Notes under the pieces: generated by a model | What the model saw: the letters and a program-made list of their open reading frames with translations, nothing else | Databases searched by the model: none | Told to the model about the DNA's origin: nothing | Source of the DNA: Eledone cirrhosa | Lineage: Eukaryota | Direction: 5' to 3' | DNA length: 64,000 nt | NCBI GenBank assembly: GCA_964016885.1 | Contig: OZ024743.1 | Coordinates: forward strand, 86,614,001 to 86,678,000 | In this document: positions 52,088 through 64,000 of the stretch, in pieces | Layout: each line of letters starts with the position of its first letter | Numbering within the stretch: position 1 is the stretch's first letter | Position numbers and translations under genes: made by a program

Positions 52088-52539
52088 ACATGTATTTACA
52101 TATGTATATATATATGTATGAATGTATGTATGTATGTATTATGTATGTATGTGTTTATGTATGTACGTATGTATGAATGTATGTATGTACGTATGTGTGT
52201 ATGTATGCATGTATGTATGTACCATCTATGTTTTTATGAATGTATGTATGTTTGTATGTACGTATATATTATGTTTTATGAATGTATGTATGCATATATA
52301 TAGATATGTCTGTCTGTATGTATGTATGTATGTATATATGTATGCATGTGTGTGTATATATGTATGTATGAAGATTGGCTGAAATGTTCGTAGGCTGTCT
52401 AAGACACTCTCATGGAATGACCAAATGAGGTTTATTTTTCAACAGACCCTGGCAAGAAACAATGCACTTATTAATAAGAAGAGTTGAAATTAATGCATGC
52501 GAGATTTCACAGCCTTAGTATCACTCCTTCATAGTTAGC

Positions 52540-52810
52540 CTGGTACGTTTGGCTACCATCTTTGGCTTTGCTGCCCATGAAGCTAATAAAGGCAAACTGT
52601 CAAAGTATCTACCATTCTCTAATAGGTTCCTGATTGAACCTGTGGTAGTAGAGACTTCTGGCATTCTTGGCTCCCAGACCACATCCCTGCTCACTAATAT
52701 TAGAACAGAATTGGCTGCCTGCAGGTGCAAGCCCTGCAAGGTAGAATGGTTGTTCCAATGTGTCTCCCTTGCCATCTTCCAAGACAATGTCTTCTCCATC
52801 TTGTAGGACA
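52540..52810 (+). mobile_element. CRE-like (RLE-type) non-LTR element C-terminal remnant
   Basis: AAHEANKGKLSKY...PVVVETSGILG...LFQCVSLAIFQDNVFSIL resembles the KxxKY...ETxG...QRLSxAIQRGNA end of CRE-clade RLE domains. Confidence 0.6.
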
Positions 52811-53193
52811 GGATCACGAGAGGAATGAACCCTTAAGGTTCATTTATGGTGGTGGCATGTGGATTAGATTTACTCCCATAATCATGATTAGTAAGAAAAT
52901 CAATATAATACAAAGCTAGTTTATTGTATAATGAAATGTTTGAATAAAATATTAAAATTACTTAATAAAGATCACATGTATGATATAGTGAATCAAAATA
53001 ATACAACTATTAGCAGCTGTTGTGTGTTAACTGTCATTTGATTTGTAACTTTCCGCTCAGTTATTCTTTATGCAATTATATATAAAGTGAATTACTATTA
53101 ACACCATTTACTAAAATACGGTCACTATGAAGTTGTAGAAGCATTTCAGGATATTATAAATAAATTAAAGGATTACAAGTGCATTTTCATCTT

Positions 53194-53520
53194 TATCATC
53201 ATCATCCTCATCACCGTTTTACGTCCTTTCTTCCACACTAGCATGGGTTAGACGGGTTGTCCTGTTGTTGGCAGTGCCCGGTCAGCTGACCTTGTCTTGC
53301 TCATGTGGGAACTGATTTGGGCTTGATTTCTACAGCTGGATGTCCTTCCTAACACCAATCTCATTTACAGTGAGTGCTGGGTGCTTTTTTTCCGTGGCGC
53401 CTACACGTCCACTTTACAGTGTGGGCTGGGTAATTTTTTGTCATGGCACCTCCACAACCACTTTGCAGTGGAAGGGGGTGGGGCATATTGTCTATATGCT
53501 TCAGCTTCGACTTGTACCCT
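53194..53520 (-). mobile_element. RTE family C 3' UTR only
   Basis: Matches 10735-11040. Confidence 0.8.
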
Positions 53521-53860
53521 ATGTATGTGTGTATGTAGCAATATCTGTAGGTGGAAACAAGGAAAAAAGGAAAAAGGAAAACAGAGCAGGAATATTATAT
53601 TATTTATGTTCGTACATGGAACAAAAGCACTACTGTATAAGCACCTGATGATAGGCCACAATTTTGATCCCTTTTGTATTCTTGAGGTGTGGTCAAAATT
53701 GGGCCTTGAATCCTTGGGTAGTGCTTTTGTTTTGTGTATGAACATAAATAATATATATATATATATATATATTTATTAAAATAACAGATTAAAGTTTAAG
53801 CAAAGAATCGCTGCTTTCACCCTTAACGGGATCTTACATATATATATATATATATATATA

Positions 53861-56800
53861 TCATCATCATCATCATCATCATTTTACGTCCGCTTTTCCC
53901 TGCTTGCAAGGGTGGGACGGGTCTTATTCAGCACAGCATCTCTCCACTCGTCACGGTCCCTCGTCATCTCCACCGTGAGCTTCAATGATCTGAGGTCTGT
54001 TCTCACCACCTCCGCCCATGTTTTTCGTGGTCTACCTCTACCACGTCTTCCTTCAACTGGCATTTCCTGGCACTTCTTCACCCATCGGTCATCCTCCATG
54101 CGCATCACATGTCCATACCACCTCAGTCTCCTCTCCCGTACACTACATTCTATCCCTCTCAGACACAGTTTCTCTCTCAACACATTTATGCTGGGTCGTT
54201 CACGCACATTTACACTGCACATCCAACGGAGCATGCTTGCCTCATTTCTCTCCAGCCGTCGCATATCTTCTGCGGTAGCTGCCCATGTCTCACTACCATG
54301 CAGCATCGCGCTCCTCACACAGGCATCATACAACCGGCCTTTCGTACGCAGGGAGAAACCCTTCTTCGTCAACAGAGGAAGCAGCTCCCTAAACTTCTTC
54401 CAACCCGTCCTTATTCTAGATACTATGGCCTCGGAACACCCTCCTCCCATGCTAATCTGATCTCCTAGGTACCGGAAGCTATCCACCACTTCTATAGCGC
54501 CCTCTCTCATTTGAAAAATGTGTCTATCAGTGCGACTTCTACTGTCTAATTTCCCTGTACATCTACTGCATACATATTTCTCCCTACCTGTTAGTTTGCC
54601 TGCTATCCCGCTACATCTCTTGTGTACCCAGGACCTACATTGTGTGCATTTTATAGAATTTATGCCAGTTCCTTTTCTGCATATCGAACATGGCCATTTC
54701 CCTGACGGAATCAGGGTTTTGTCCTCTTTTCTACTCATCAACACTTTTGTCTTAGCTAGATTTACTCTCAGTCCTCTTGCTTCCAACTGCTGTTTCCATA
54801 GCCAGAATTTATTCTCTAGCTCCTCTACTGATTCTGCCATAAGAGCCAGATCGTCAGCATAGAGAAGTTCCCATGGACAGCCAGTCTTAAACTCCTCTGT
54901 TATGGCTTGGAGGACTATAATGAACAAGAGCGGGCTGAGGACCGAACCCTGATGTACTCCTACTTGTATCTGGAATTCCTCACTAAACTCCATTCCTACC
55001 CTGACTTTACTGAGAGTACCTCTGTACAAAGTTTGCACTGTCCTTACAAGCCATTCCTCAACACCCAGCTTCCTTAGGGACCACCAGATGACAGATCGGG
55101 GTACCCTATCAAAGGCCTTCTCTAGGTCAACAAAGGCTAAGTATAGTGGCTTATTCTTCTCTAAGAACCTCTCTTGCATTTGTCTCACCAAGAAGAGGGC
55201 ATCTGTTGTACTCTTCCCAGGCACAAAACCAAACTGCATCTCATCTAGTTTGACCCTTTCTCTAATTAGTTGTGCTAAAATCCTTTCTGCCACTTTCATA
55301 ACCTGATCTATCAGTTTTATACCCCTATAATTGCTCCTCTCCAAAGCATCCCCTTTACCTTTGTAGCAATTTATGAGAATACTGCTGCACCAGTCTTTGG
55401 GTATGACACCACCATATATAGCCTGATTGATTATGCGTGCAACCAGTTTAGTGCCTACGTCCCCTGATGCCTTCAGCATCTCAGCAACTATTCCCGACGG
55501 TCCAGCAGCCTTACCATTTTTCATTTCCCTAATCGCCTCTTGGACCCTATATTCGTCAATCTCAATAGCTGGTCCCTCTGTCGGATCTACCAAGGGTAAT
55601 TTCTCTCTCTCCCATTCGTTCTCCACATTCATCAGTCTCTCATAATGACATTTCCAGGCCTCCTTTTTCTGGTCATTCGTGACACTAAGTACACCGGCAT
55701 CATCCCGGACACATTTATCACCAACAACATCCTGATTTGCATTGACACACTGCCTTGCAATGTGGAACACCGCACGCCTCTGATCTTCCCGTCGCAGAAC
55801 ATTGGCGAACCTCCTACTCTCTGCCTCCCTGCGTGCTAAGTACACCTGATGTCTACCTTCTCTCTTAGTGGCTGTATATTCTTCCCTACTCCCACCCTTA
55901 TTCCAAGCCTTCCATGCTAGTCTTTTGTCTCTAATAGCCTTATCTACACTGCTGTTCCACCACCAGGTCACTCTCTGTCTGGTTGGAGCTCTGCTCCAGC
56001 CACAGGTTTCATCAGTAGCCTTCAGCAAGTTGTCACGTAAGAACTTCCAGTTATTATCTATGTCATACGTCTCTAAATCGTCTTCTTTTTCGTCATATAC
56101 ATCTTGAAGGGCTTTCCTAAATTTGAATTTTAGTGAAAGGTCTTTTAGCTTCCAGACCTTTCTTCTCCACACCTTCCTATATGTCTCATTCCATCTCTTG
56201 CTTACTGAGATATCACTAACAACTAACCTATGCTGTGGGGTACATTCTTCCCCAGGGTATGCCTTGGTATTAGACACTATCTGCCTGTCCCGCTGCCTAA
56301 CTAGCAGGAAGTCAATCTGGCTTATGTGCTCACCAGATTTGTAGGTTATTAGGTGATTGGCAGGTTTCTGGAAGTTTGTGTTGCAAATAGTCAATGTACT
56401 TGCATCACAAAATTCAAGAAGTCTCACTCCTTCTTCATTTCTTGAACCGTAACCGTGCCCACCATGTACCCCAGTGTAACCATCCTGGAGCTGTCCAACA
56501 TGACCATTGAAGTCTCCTGCTAGCATAACGATGTCTCCGTCCTCTGTCATTGTGGTTGTTTGCAAAAGTTGCTCATAAAAGCAGTCTTTCTCATCTTTGC
56601 CTAGGCCTGCTTGGGGAGCATAGACCGAGATGATTGTCAGTAGTCTCCTACCTACAACTAATCTAAGCTTAATGATTCGATTACTAACTCGAACTACCTC
56701 TATTGTCTTATTGATCCATTTCTCAGCCAGGAAAATGCCTACTCCCCCTAACCCATCATCCTTACCTACCCAGAATAGCTTATAGCTAAGACGCTTGCCT

Positions 56801-57125
56801 ACGACTAGTCTCGCAGAGGCACCCCTCCATCTCACCTCTTGCACGCAGCACACATCCACCTGCCTTCTCTCCAGCATCTCCGCTATTTCAGCAGACCTAC
56901 CTCTGAGAGTGCCAACATTAAGTGTTGCAACTCTGAGATGCGACGTCTTCATATTTTTCTATGCTGTTTTGTTGCTGTGCTGATAAGCTTTTTGGCATTG
57001 ATACACTGGTTGGATGCCCTTCCTAACACCAGCGCCACTTTACAGCATGGACTGGGTGCTTTTATTTGTGCCACCAGCACTAGAGAGGATGTCTTACTAG
57101 ACTCAAGGGCCCTCTCTACCCCTCC
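53861..57125 (-). mobile_element. Full-length RTE LINE, family B (~170-bp 5' UTR, almost no 3' UTR)
   Basis: Intact ORF; stop codon followed almost directly by (GAT)n; 5' UTR carries the GTGTTAGGAAGGGCATCC hairpin. Confidence 0.95.
53884..56952 (-). CDS. Intact RTE ORF, 1022 aa: APE + RT with PHD insertion
   Basis: ATG start; ATLNVGTL, CVQEVRW, YAPQ, GDFNGHVG, QIDFLL, PQHRL, QFGF, YADD, FRYLG. Confidence 0.96.
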   Translation of the reverse strand: MKTSHLRVATLNVGTLRGRSAEIAEMLERRQVDVCCVQEVRWRGASARLVVGKRLSYKLFWVGKDDGLGGVGIFLAEKWINKTIEVVRVSNRIIKLRLVVGRRLLTIISVYAPQAGLGKDEKDCFYEQLLQTTTMTEDGDIVMLAGDFNGHVGQLQDGYTGVHGGHGYGSRNEEGVRLLEFCDASTLTICNTNFQKPANHLITYKSGEHISQIDFLLVRQRDRQIVSNTKAYPGEECTPQHRLVVSDISVSKRWNETYRKVWRRKVWKLKDLSLKFKFRKALQDVYDEKEDDLETYDIDNNWKFLRDNLLKATDETCGWSRAPTRQRVTWWWNSSVDKAIRDKRLAWKAWNKGGSREEYTATKREGRHQVYLARREAESRRFANVLRREDQRRAVFHIARQCVNANQDVVGDKCVRDDAGVLSVTNDQKKEAWKCHYERLMNVENEWEREKLPLVDPTEGPAIEIDEYRVQEAIREMKNGKAAGPSGIVAEMLKASGDVGTKLVARIINQAIYGGVIPKDWCSSILINCYKGKGDALERSNYRGIKLIDQVMKVAERILAQLIRERVKLDEMQFGFVPGKSTTDALFLVRQMQERFLEKNKPLYLAFVDLEKAFDRVPRSVIWWSLRKLGVEEWLVRTVQTLYRGTLSKVRVGMEFSEEFQIQVGVHQGSVLSPLLFIIVLQAITEEFKTGCPWELLYADDLALMAESVEELENKFWLWKQQLEARGLRVNLAKTKVLMSRKEDKTLIPSGKWPCSICRKGTGINSIKCTQCRSWVHKRCSGIAGKLTGREKYVCSRCTGKLDSRSRTDRHIFQMREGAIEVVDSFRYLGDQISMGGGCSEAIVSRIRTGWKKFRELLPLLTKKGFSLRTKGRLYDACVRSAMLHGSETWAATAEDMRRLERNEASMLRWMCSVNVRERPSINVLREKLCLRGIECSVRERRLRWYGHVMRMEDDRWVKKCQEMPVEGRRGRGRPRKTWAEVVRTDLRSLKLTVEMTRDRDEWRDAVLNKTRPTLASREKRT

Positions 57126-57743
57126 ATTTTACAACATGGTCATTAAAAAAAAAAAAAAAAAAAAAAACTTATTGACACGACTCACACACTAATACTCATG
57201 CATACAAACCACAACCACACATACCAACACTCATTCATGCATACAATCACACACACCACTCACAAACATATATATATATACATATATTACCGACAGTACT
57301 GATACAAAATCAAAATCAAAGCCAAAATCGTCAAAATCACTATCATGTCAACTGTTGACCTTTCCCAGTCCAGTTCGGCTTGTATATAATAACAATAACA
57401 ATAATAATTGTTTGTTTACGCTGGTAATGGCGGTGGTGGATGGTGTCAGTGTGGTGGTGGTGGATGGTGTCAGTGTGGTGGTGGTGGATGGTATCAGCGT
57501 GGTGGTGGTGGATGGTCAGTGATGGCGGTGGCAGTTGTTGGTGCTGTAGTTGTTATTGTAGTTGTTACTGTTGTTGTTGTCCTTCATTTCACTGCTGCTG
57601 TTGCTGCAGACAATGGTGTTGATGCTGTTATTGCTGTCGCATATATACAAATACATACACACACATTCAACACAGACGATAGTGTTGTTGCTGTTGTTGT
57701 TGTTGTTGGTGTTGCTGCTGTTGTTGTTGTAGTTGTTGCTGCA

Positions 57744-57777
57744 ATTTTAAAGCAAAACTTCATTTTCTCATACACAC

Positions 57778-57813
<36 letters not shown>

Positions 57814-57847
57814 GTGTGTATGAGAAAATGAAGTTTTGCTTTAAAAT
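57744..57847. repeat. Perfect 104-bp palindrome centred on (TA)n
   Basis: 57744-57780 is the reverse complement of 57811-57847. Confidence 0.9.
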
Positions 57848-57851
57848 GTTT

Positions 57852-57917
<66 letters not shown>

Positions 57918-58189
57918 CTTAAAGTGAGTCAACCAAAAATATCCATCAATTCAAAAACATTTAATTTTCAACAATTGTTTTGATCAATGAAGATAAATCT
58001 ACAATTAGACCATAATGAACAGTAAAATAATTGCATTATTGATGTACTGAACATATTGATTATCCATTGATTTATCTACATAATCTCCTCAGGAAAAACA
58101 ACAGATTGCTAGATATGACTTAAGTGGATACCTCCATTTATAATTTGGTTATATATATCATCATCATAATCATCCTTACTGTTTATCAT

Positions 58190-58570
58190 TGTCATCATCA
58201 TCATCATTGTTTAACATCCATTTTTACACGCTAGCATGAGTTAGATGAGTTGTCCCATTGTGAGACAAGCCAGATCAGATGATCATGTCTTGCTCATACA
58301 GAACTGTTTCTTAGCTTGGTTTCTACAGCTGGATGCCCTTCCTAATGCCAACCACATTTCCAGTGGGTGCTGGGTGATTTTTGTCCTGACACCCACACAA
58401 CCACATTACAGTGTGGACTGGGAGCTTTTTGTCATGACACCTACATGGCCACATTACAGTGTGGACTGGGTGTTTTTTGTCATGGCACCAAAGTGACTAT
58501 TTTACAGTGTGGACTGGGTGTTTTTTGTCATGGCATCAAAGTGACTATTTTACACTGTGTACTAGGGGCT
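58190..58570 (-). mobile_element. RTE-derived bipartite repeat with ~5 tandem ~40-bp units
   Basis: Repeated ttacagtgtggactgggtgttttttgtcatggcacc next to ctggatgcccttcctaatgcc and RTE tail. Confidence 0.7.
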
Positions 58571-58951
58571 GGGTTGGAGGAGGTGAATGGGGATTGGAAA
58601 GGTAGATCTAGTGTGTGTGTATGTGGATGAAGGGTGGAGTGTTAGAGCATAGGAGGTGTATGGAAGTGGTAGGGGGAATATATATATCATCATCTTTTAA
58701 TGTCCATTTTCCCTGTTAGCAAGGGTTAGACAGGATGTCACAGACCAAGTTAGTACTTAATTGGCACTATTGACTTTGCCACATTTTACCACGTGAAGTC
58801 ACCATGTCTTTGTTACAGCTGAAGAGTCATCCCGACCCTTTGTTTGGTAGGTTTTCTATGGCTGGATGCCCTTCCTATCACCAACCAATTTACAGAGTGT
58901 ACTAGGTGTGTTTATCATGTAGATCACCTACACTAGAGAGATTTTATGTGG

Positions 58952-61255
58952 ATCATCATCATCATCGTTTAACGTCCATCTACCACGCTAGCATGGGTTA
59001 GACGGGAGTTGTCCCAATTTGAGGCAATGCTGGTCGGGTGACCGTGTCTCGCTCATATAGGACTATCTGGCAGGTTTTCTACGGCTGGCTGCCCTTCCTA
59101 ACACCAACCACATTTACAGTGTGGAACTGGGAGGTTTTTACTGTGTTACCTACATGGCCACATTACAGCGTGGACTGTGTGTTTTTTTGTTGTGACACCT
59201 ACACGATCTCGATCTCATTTTCTCATTTATTTGGACTGGATGTTGTGGTACCAACTTTACAGAGAGAGAGTGGTGTTGGTGGGAGTGGGAGGATAGGGTA
59301 GTGGATTGGGGTGTATATTTAGTTAAGAGATGCCTACTGACTGTAGGTTTCGCTTTGTACATAGGGAAGGCTGGATCTTCTGTATTACTGCGTAGCGCCA
59401 AAGACCTCGGTTCAGTGACATTGTCTTAGAGAGATGTAAGTGTGTAAGGTCGGAATTTATCAAATCGTCCCAGGTTTTTCTGGGTCTGCCTACTCCGTAA
59501 CTTCCATCAATTTTGATCGCCCTGCACTTTTTTATACAGCTGTGTCTTTCATGAGCATCACATGACCATACCAACGTAGTCTTCTCTCAAGTAAACAGCA
59601 TCTGATCCCTCTTATTCCTAATTTCTCACTTAGTTCATATATGCTACGTATATTACTATTACACATCCAACGGAGCATGCATGCTTCGTTCCTTTCCAGT
59701 CTGCACACAACGCCTCTGCAGGTCCTCCGCACACAATGCCCATGTCTCACTGCCATGTAACATTGCTGTTCGTATACAGGCATCATACAATCTGCCTTTC
59801 ATTTATAGAGAGAAACCTTTTGTGGTCAACAGCGGTATAAGCTCTCTGAACTTTTTCCCTGGCTACTGTACTTTCAGTGATTTTGTTACCCAGGTCATTA
59901 CCTCCACTATTTCTATAGAATCATCTGGGCAATAGAAGGAGCTAGTATCCTGTGGGCACTTGCTACTTATTGCACCTGAGCATCAGCCACATATAAAATC
60001 TACGATCTTAGATATTTTATCTGTGATCCCACTACATCTTTTATGTACCCATAGTTTGCATTTGGAACATAAAATGGAATTTCTACCTACTCCTTTCCTT
60101 CACACTGAGCATGGCCGTTTCCCAGAGGGCACCTGTACCCTATTTTCCTTTCTACAAACTAGAACTTTAGTCTTAGACAAGTTAACTTTAAGGCCTTTTG
60201 ATTCTAAGCCATGCTTCCATGTTTGGAATTTTTTCTCTAGTTCAGCCATTGATTCAGCTATGAGAGTTAGATCATCTGCATATAGGAGTTCCCATGGGCA
60301 GCCGGTCTTAAACTCCTCTGTTATAGCCTGAAGGGCAATAATAAATAGGAGGGGGCTAAGGACAGTGCCTTGATGAACACCAACTTTTACACTAAATTCT
60401 TCACTATATTCATTGTTAATTCTAACCTTACTGACTGTTGTATAGCTCTCACAAGCCATTCATCTACACCTAGTTTTCTAAGAGCCCACCAGAAAATGGA
60501 GCGGGGGACTCTGTCAAAGCCTTTCTCCAGGTCTACAAAAGCTAAGAAGAGGGGTTTACTTTTGGCTAGGTACTTCTCCTGTAGTTGTCGTACAAGGAAA
60601 AGAGCGTCTGTAGTACTTTTACCTGACACAAACCCAAACTGCATTTCATCTAGATCAATTTTCTCTCTGATTAGTTGCGCTATAACTCTTTCTGTGACCT
60701 TCATGACCTGGTCAACTAACTTAATGCCTCTATAGTTTCCCCTATCTAGAGCATCCCCTTTACCCTTGTAGCAGTTAATGATGATGTTGCTACATCAGTC
60801 TTTTGGTATGACCCCATTCTGTATTACTTGGTTTACTATACGGGTGACCATAGTATGTCCCACCATTCTAGATGCTTTCAACATCTCGGCAACTATCTCC
60901 GAAGGCCCAGCTGCCTTGCCTATCTTCATATCTTTGATTGCCTTACTTATTATACTATCTTTAACTTGCACCATGGTCCTTCTATTGGATCGATTTGGGG
61001 CAGACTATCTTTTCCCCACTTATTCTCCTCATTTAGTAGTCTATCATAGTGACACTTCCAAGCTACCTTCTTATCAGTATCAGTGAGGGCAAGTACACCG
61101 TTATCATTACGGACACACTTCTCCCCGACAATATCATGGTTTTCCTTGACACATTGTCTAGCAATCCTGAACACCTCACGTTTTTCGTCCTCGTGTTGTA
61201 GAACATGCTTGAACTTTCTATCCGCTGCTTCCTTTTTTGCAAGATACACTTGTGT
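58952..61255 (-). mobile_element. 5'-truncated degenerate RTE family A (A2 subfamily)
   Basis: Fragmented RT ORFs 59323-61309; 3' UTR like the 13582 copy. Confidence 0.92.
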
Positions 61256-61261
61256 CCTATA

Positions 61262-61455
61262 TATATTATAAAGTGTTGGAACCTGACGGCTGAGTTCTTC
61301 CCATTTCAACAGTTAGTTCCAGAATTAGCTGTTGAAATGGCCAGAGCTCAGCCGTCGGGTCCCAACCCTTTATAATATAACCATACTCTACTACCCCAAG
61401 TATTGAGTACTCTGTTGAGTAATGGTCTAACTAGTTTCAAACTGAATCGATCTTG
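61262..61455 (-). mobile_element. Second member of the long-palindrome repeat family
   Basis: Hairpin 61262-61379 plus actctactaccccaagtattgagtactctg. Confidence 0.6.
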
Positions 61456-61664
61456 ATATATATATATATAAATAAAAAAAAAGAATTATTTAACTCTTGC
61501 AAACATCGGCAATCTAAAACATTCAGAAGTATCTATAATCTATAGAAAATATTATCTATATCTCACTTGTTTACATTTTATATGTCTTCACTGTGTTTTG
61601 ATGATGTTTTGTGATGATTTTTTAAAATTATATTTTTTCTTTTTAAATGATATTTTTTAAAATG

Positions 61665-62011
61665 ATGATCATCATTCATCATCATTTCATTTTACGTCCG
61701 CTTTTTCCCTGCTTGCAAGGGTGGGACGGGAACTGATTCTGGCTTGATTTCTACAGCTGGATGCCCTTCCTAACACCAACCTCATTTACAGTGAGTGCTG
61801 GGTGCTTTTTTGCCGTGGCACCTCCACGACCACTTTGCAGTGGAATGATATGGACCCCAGTCCCTATCATCTCATTTTTACAGCTGAGTAAACTGGAGCA
61901 ATGTGAAATAAAGTGTCTTGCTCAAGGAAACAACACATCACCCGGTCTGAGAATTGAACTCACAACCTTTCGAATGCAAGGCCAATGCTCTAACCACTAA
62001 GCCATGTGCCT
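61665..62011 (-). mobile_element. Composite: CORE-SINE head + family C hairpin module + family B 3' tail
   Basis: Three contiguous co-oriented segments. Confidence 0.6.
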
Positions 62012-62482
62012 CCATATCCCTTTTAAATGATTTTTTAAATGATATTTTGAAATATACCTTTTTGTGATGGTTTTAGTGATGTTTCTGAATATACTTTTAA
62101 TGTCTGTAATATTTCTTCCTAATAGACTATATAGACATCCATACATATATATGTTTAATATCATTAACATATGCATAAACATAAGGAACTTGCATTAAGC
62201 CCGATGTTGCTCGGGGTCAGTAAGTTACCAAAGCTAGGTTGCACCACCTATTTTATAGCAGCACTTTTTTGCCTGCCAGGCACTGGGTGAATGAATTGCA
62301 GACCTGGACTGCTGATGCAGGAGCTGCGCCAGCAGTGACAATTGTAGTTTCGCCTATGGATATTATCTCTGTGCAAAGAAGTGTTGAAATTTATTGTTTC
62401 ACAGTACTTGCGTAACACACGTGTAGACGATGCCAGCCGAACAACAGAGCTGCGATGGAGTTGTTCTGCATGGTTGTCTAAT

Positions 62483-62657
62483 GTGTGTTTTCTAAATTTA
62501 AGACAGTAGGGAGGGGTGTGATATGGGGGAGAGTTAGCTGCTGTTTCTAGCAGGTTTAGTGACCTCATAGAGGATATGTGTTTTCTAAATTTAAGACAGT
62601 AGGGAGGGGTGTGATATGGAGGAGAGTTAGCTGCTGTTTAGTGATCTCATAGAGGAT
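62483..62657. repeat. ~90-bp tandem duplication
   Basis: gtgttttctaaatttaagacagtagggaggggtgtgatatgg...catagaggatat twice. Confidence 0.8.
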
Positions 62658-64000
62658 ATTATTGTGTATAGTAAATAAACTGATACTTCTTTCTTCCACG
62701 TTCGTTGAGAGATGTTTTAAAAAAGATTTATCGCTATTTTTTTTGTTGTTGAATAAATTTATCTGTTGCTTTTGAATAATTGTTGTTTCGTATGAAATGT
62801 AATAAGTTCTCTTTGTCATTGAAGTAAATAAATGTTTGACTGTTCCACACTCAAAAACAAACGTTCTCTCTCTCTCTCTCACTCTCTCTCTCTCTCTCTC
62901 CTTTCTTCGGCGTTCATAAAGTAAGTTTGTAAGTTTAAGCGTATATAAGAGAAAGTTGCAGCCTGTATGTAGTTTTATCGAATTTTAAGGAGAGTAGAGA
63001 GTAAATCAGATTGTATTAGAGGAGTAAAGCGTCATGTATTTAGTTTTATCGATTATTTCCATAATTGCGGGTGAGTTTGAAATAAATAAATAGTTGTTGA
63101 CCTAAGTTAGACCATTTACAACATTCTTACAGACTTTGAATCGAATCGGTTTGAAATTGTGCAAATGTATAAACATGGAACATGCACACACACACAACAA
63201 CAACAATCTGTTTTTTTATAGATAATGATGCTATCTAAATACATGTATAAAAGAAATTTTATCTTAGAAAATATGTAATATATGATACTATAAAATCATA
63301 TATAAAGTAATATATATTTTTTTACATATATCTTAATTAGAATTTTTTTTTTAAAGTAAATTCTAGAATAATCGGTAATTATAAATATTTTAACTAAGAA
63401 ATATTGGAGTTACCTTTTCCTTTATAATATAACACGCTTACACATTTCTTCTAAGTAACAACTAAACTTTACATAAATACTGAACATTTTTTTGTATAAT
63501 CTTCAACTTCGTAAATTGTAAATGTATTCCTATATAGATGCAACTATTGAATGTACAAAATAATCTTCTATAATAAAATAGAACTACTTCCTTTTTCTTA
63601 AATACATATTGAAAATGTAAACGGGAAATTCATCGTAACTATTCACATATAAAAATATTTAAATTATCTATCTATTAATAAAAACAACATATATACTCAC
63701 CGAAATTATTTATATGAATATTTATATAAATAACCTATTGTAATATAATAAAATATACTTACAACCCTAATTCTTCATAAAATATACTTATAAATATCTC
63801 TATAATATTAAAACTCACTATTAGAATAGACCTAATAATTAGTAGTATCCCTCATTTTTAAAAAATTTAATATTCTACCACTTCAACACATTTATAATTG
63901 TCATATTATATTATAAATACTACCAACATATATAATTATATAATTAAATAAATATAATTATTTCACTCTCTTTACATCATAACTAATACGATCCATACAA

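Noticed and set aside
53912-54460. Antisense ORFs recurring opposite the RTE C-terminus in all families
   Set aside because: In codon register with the sense ORF, variable starts and lengths; best explained as a shadow of sense codon usage
58340-58570. Regularly spaced repeats resembling a CRISPR array
   Set aside because: Contiguous tandem units without unique spacers, eukaryotic context, no cas genes
63180-64000. Very AT-rich window end (numt or control-region-like)
   Set aside because: No recognisable mitochondrial gene or tRNA

Overview
Eukaryotic, AT-rich, repeat-dominated genomic DNA. The SINE types, RTE LINEs and microsatellite load suggest a coleoid cephalopod such as Octopus (inference). 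RTE-clade LINEs of at least three families dominate, including two copies with uninterrupted APE-RT ORFs (17467-20619 and 53884-56952, both minus). Every copy covering the region carries a C4HC3 PHD finger inserted inside the RT domain. A nest at 20.8-27.9 kb consists of an IR-DR Tc1 (DD34E) element containing a complete 4.2-kb Gypsy-like LTR element and a truncated RTE. The LTR element has a clear -1 frameshift signal and a non-canonical primer-binding site matching the first 12 nt of tRNA-Phe. The window also holds two maT (DD37D) copies made by a LINE-mediated tandem duplication, CORE- and Meta-like SINEs, Penelope/CR1/CRE remnants, a hammerhead ribozyme with a U3-A8 core, a long-hairpin repeat family inserted in (TA)n, large microsatellites, and a few possible host exons near 37.7-39.5 kb. 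No host gene could be named. All calls are by eye; coordinates of degenerate repeats are approximate.
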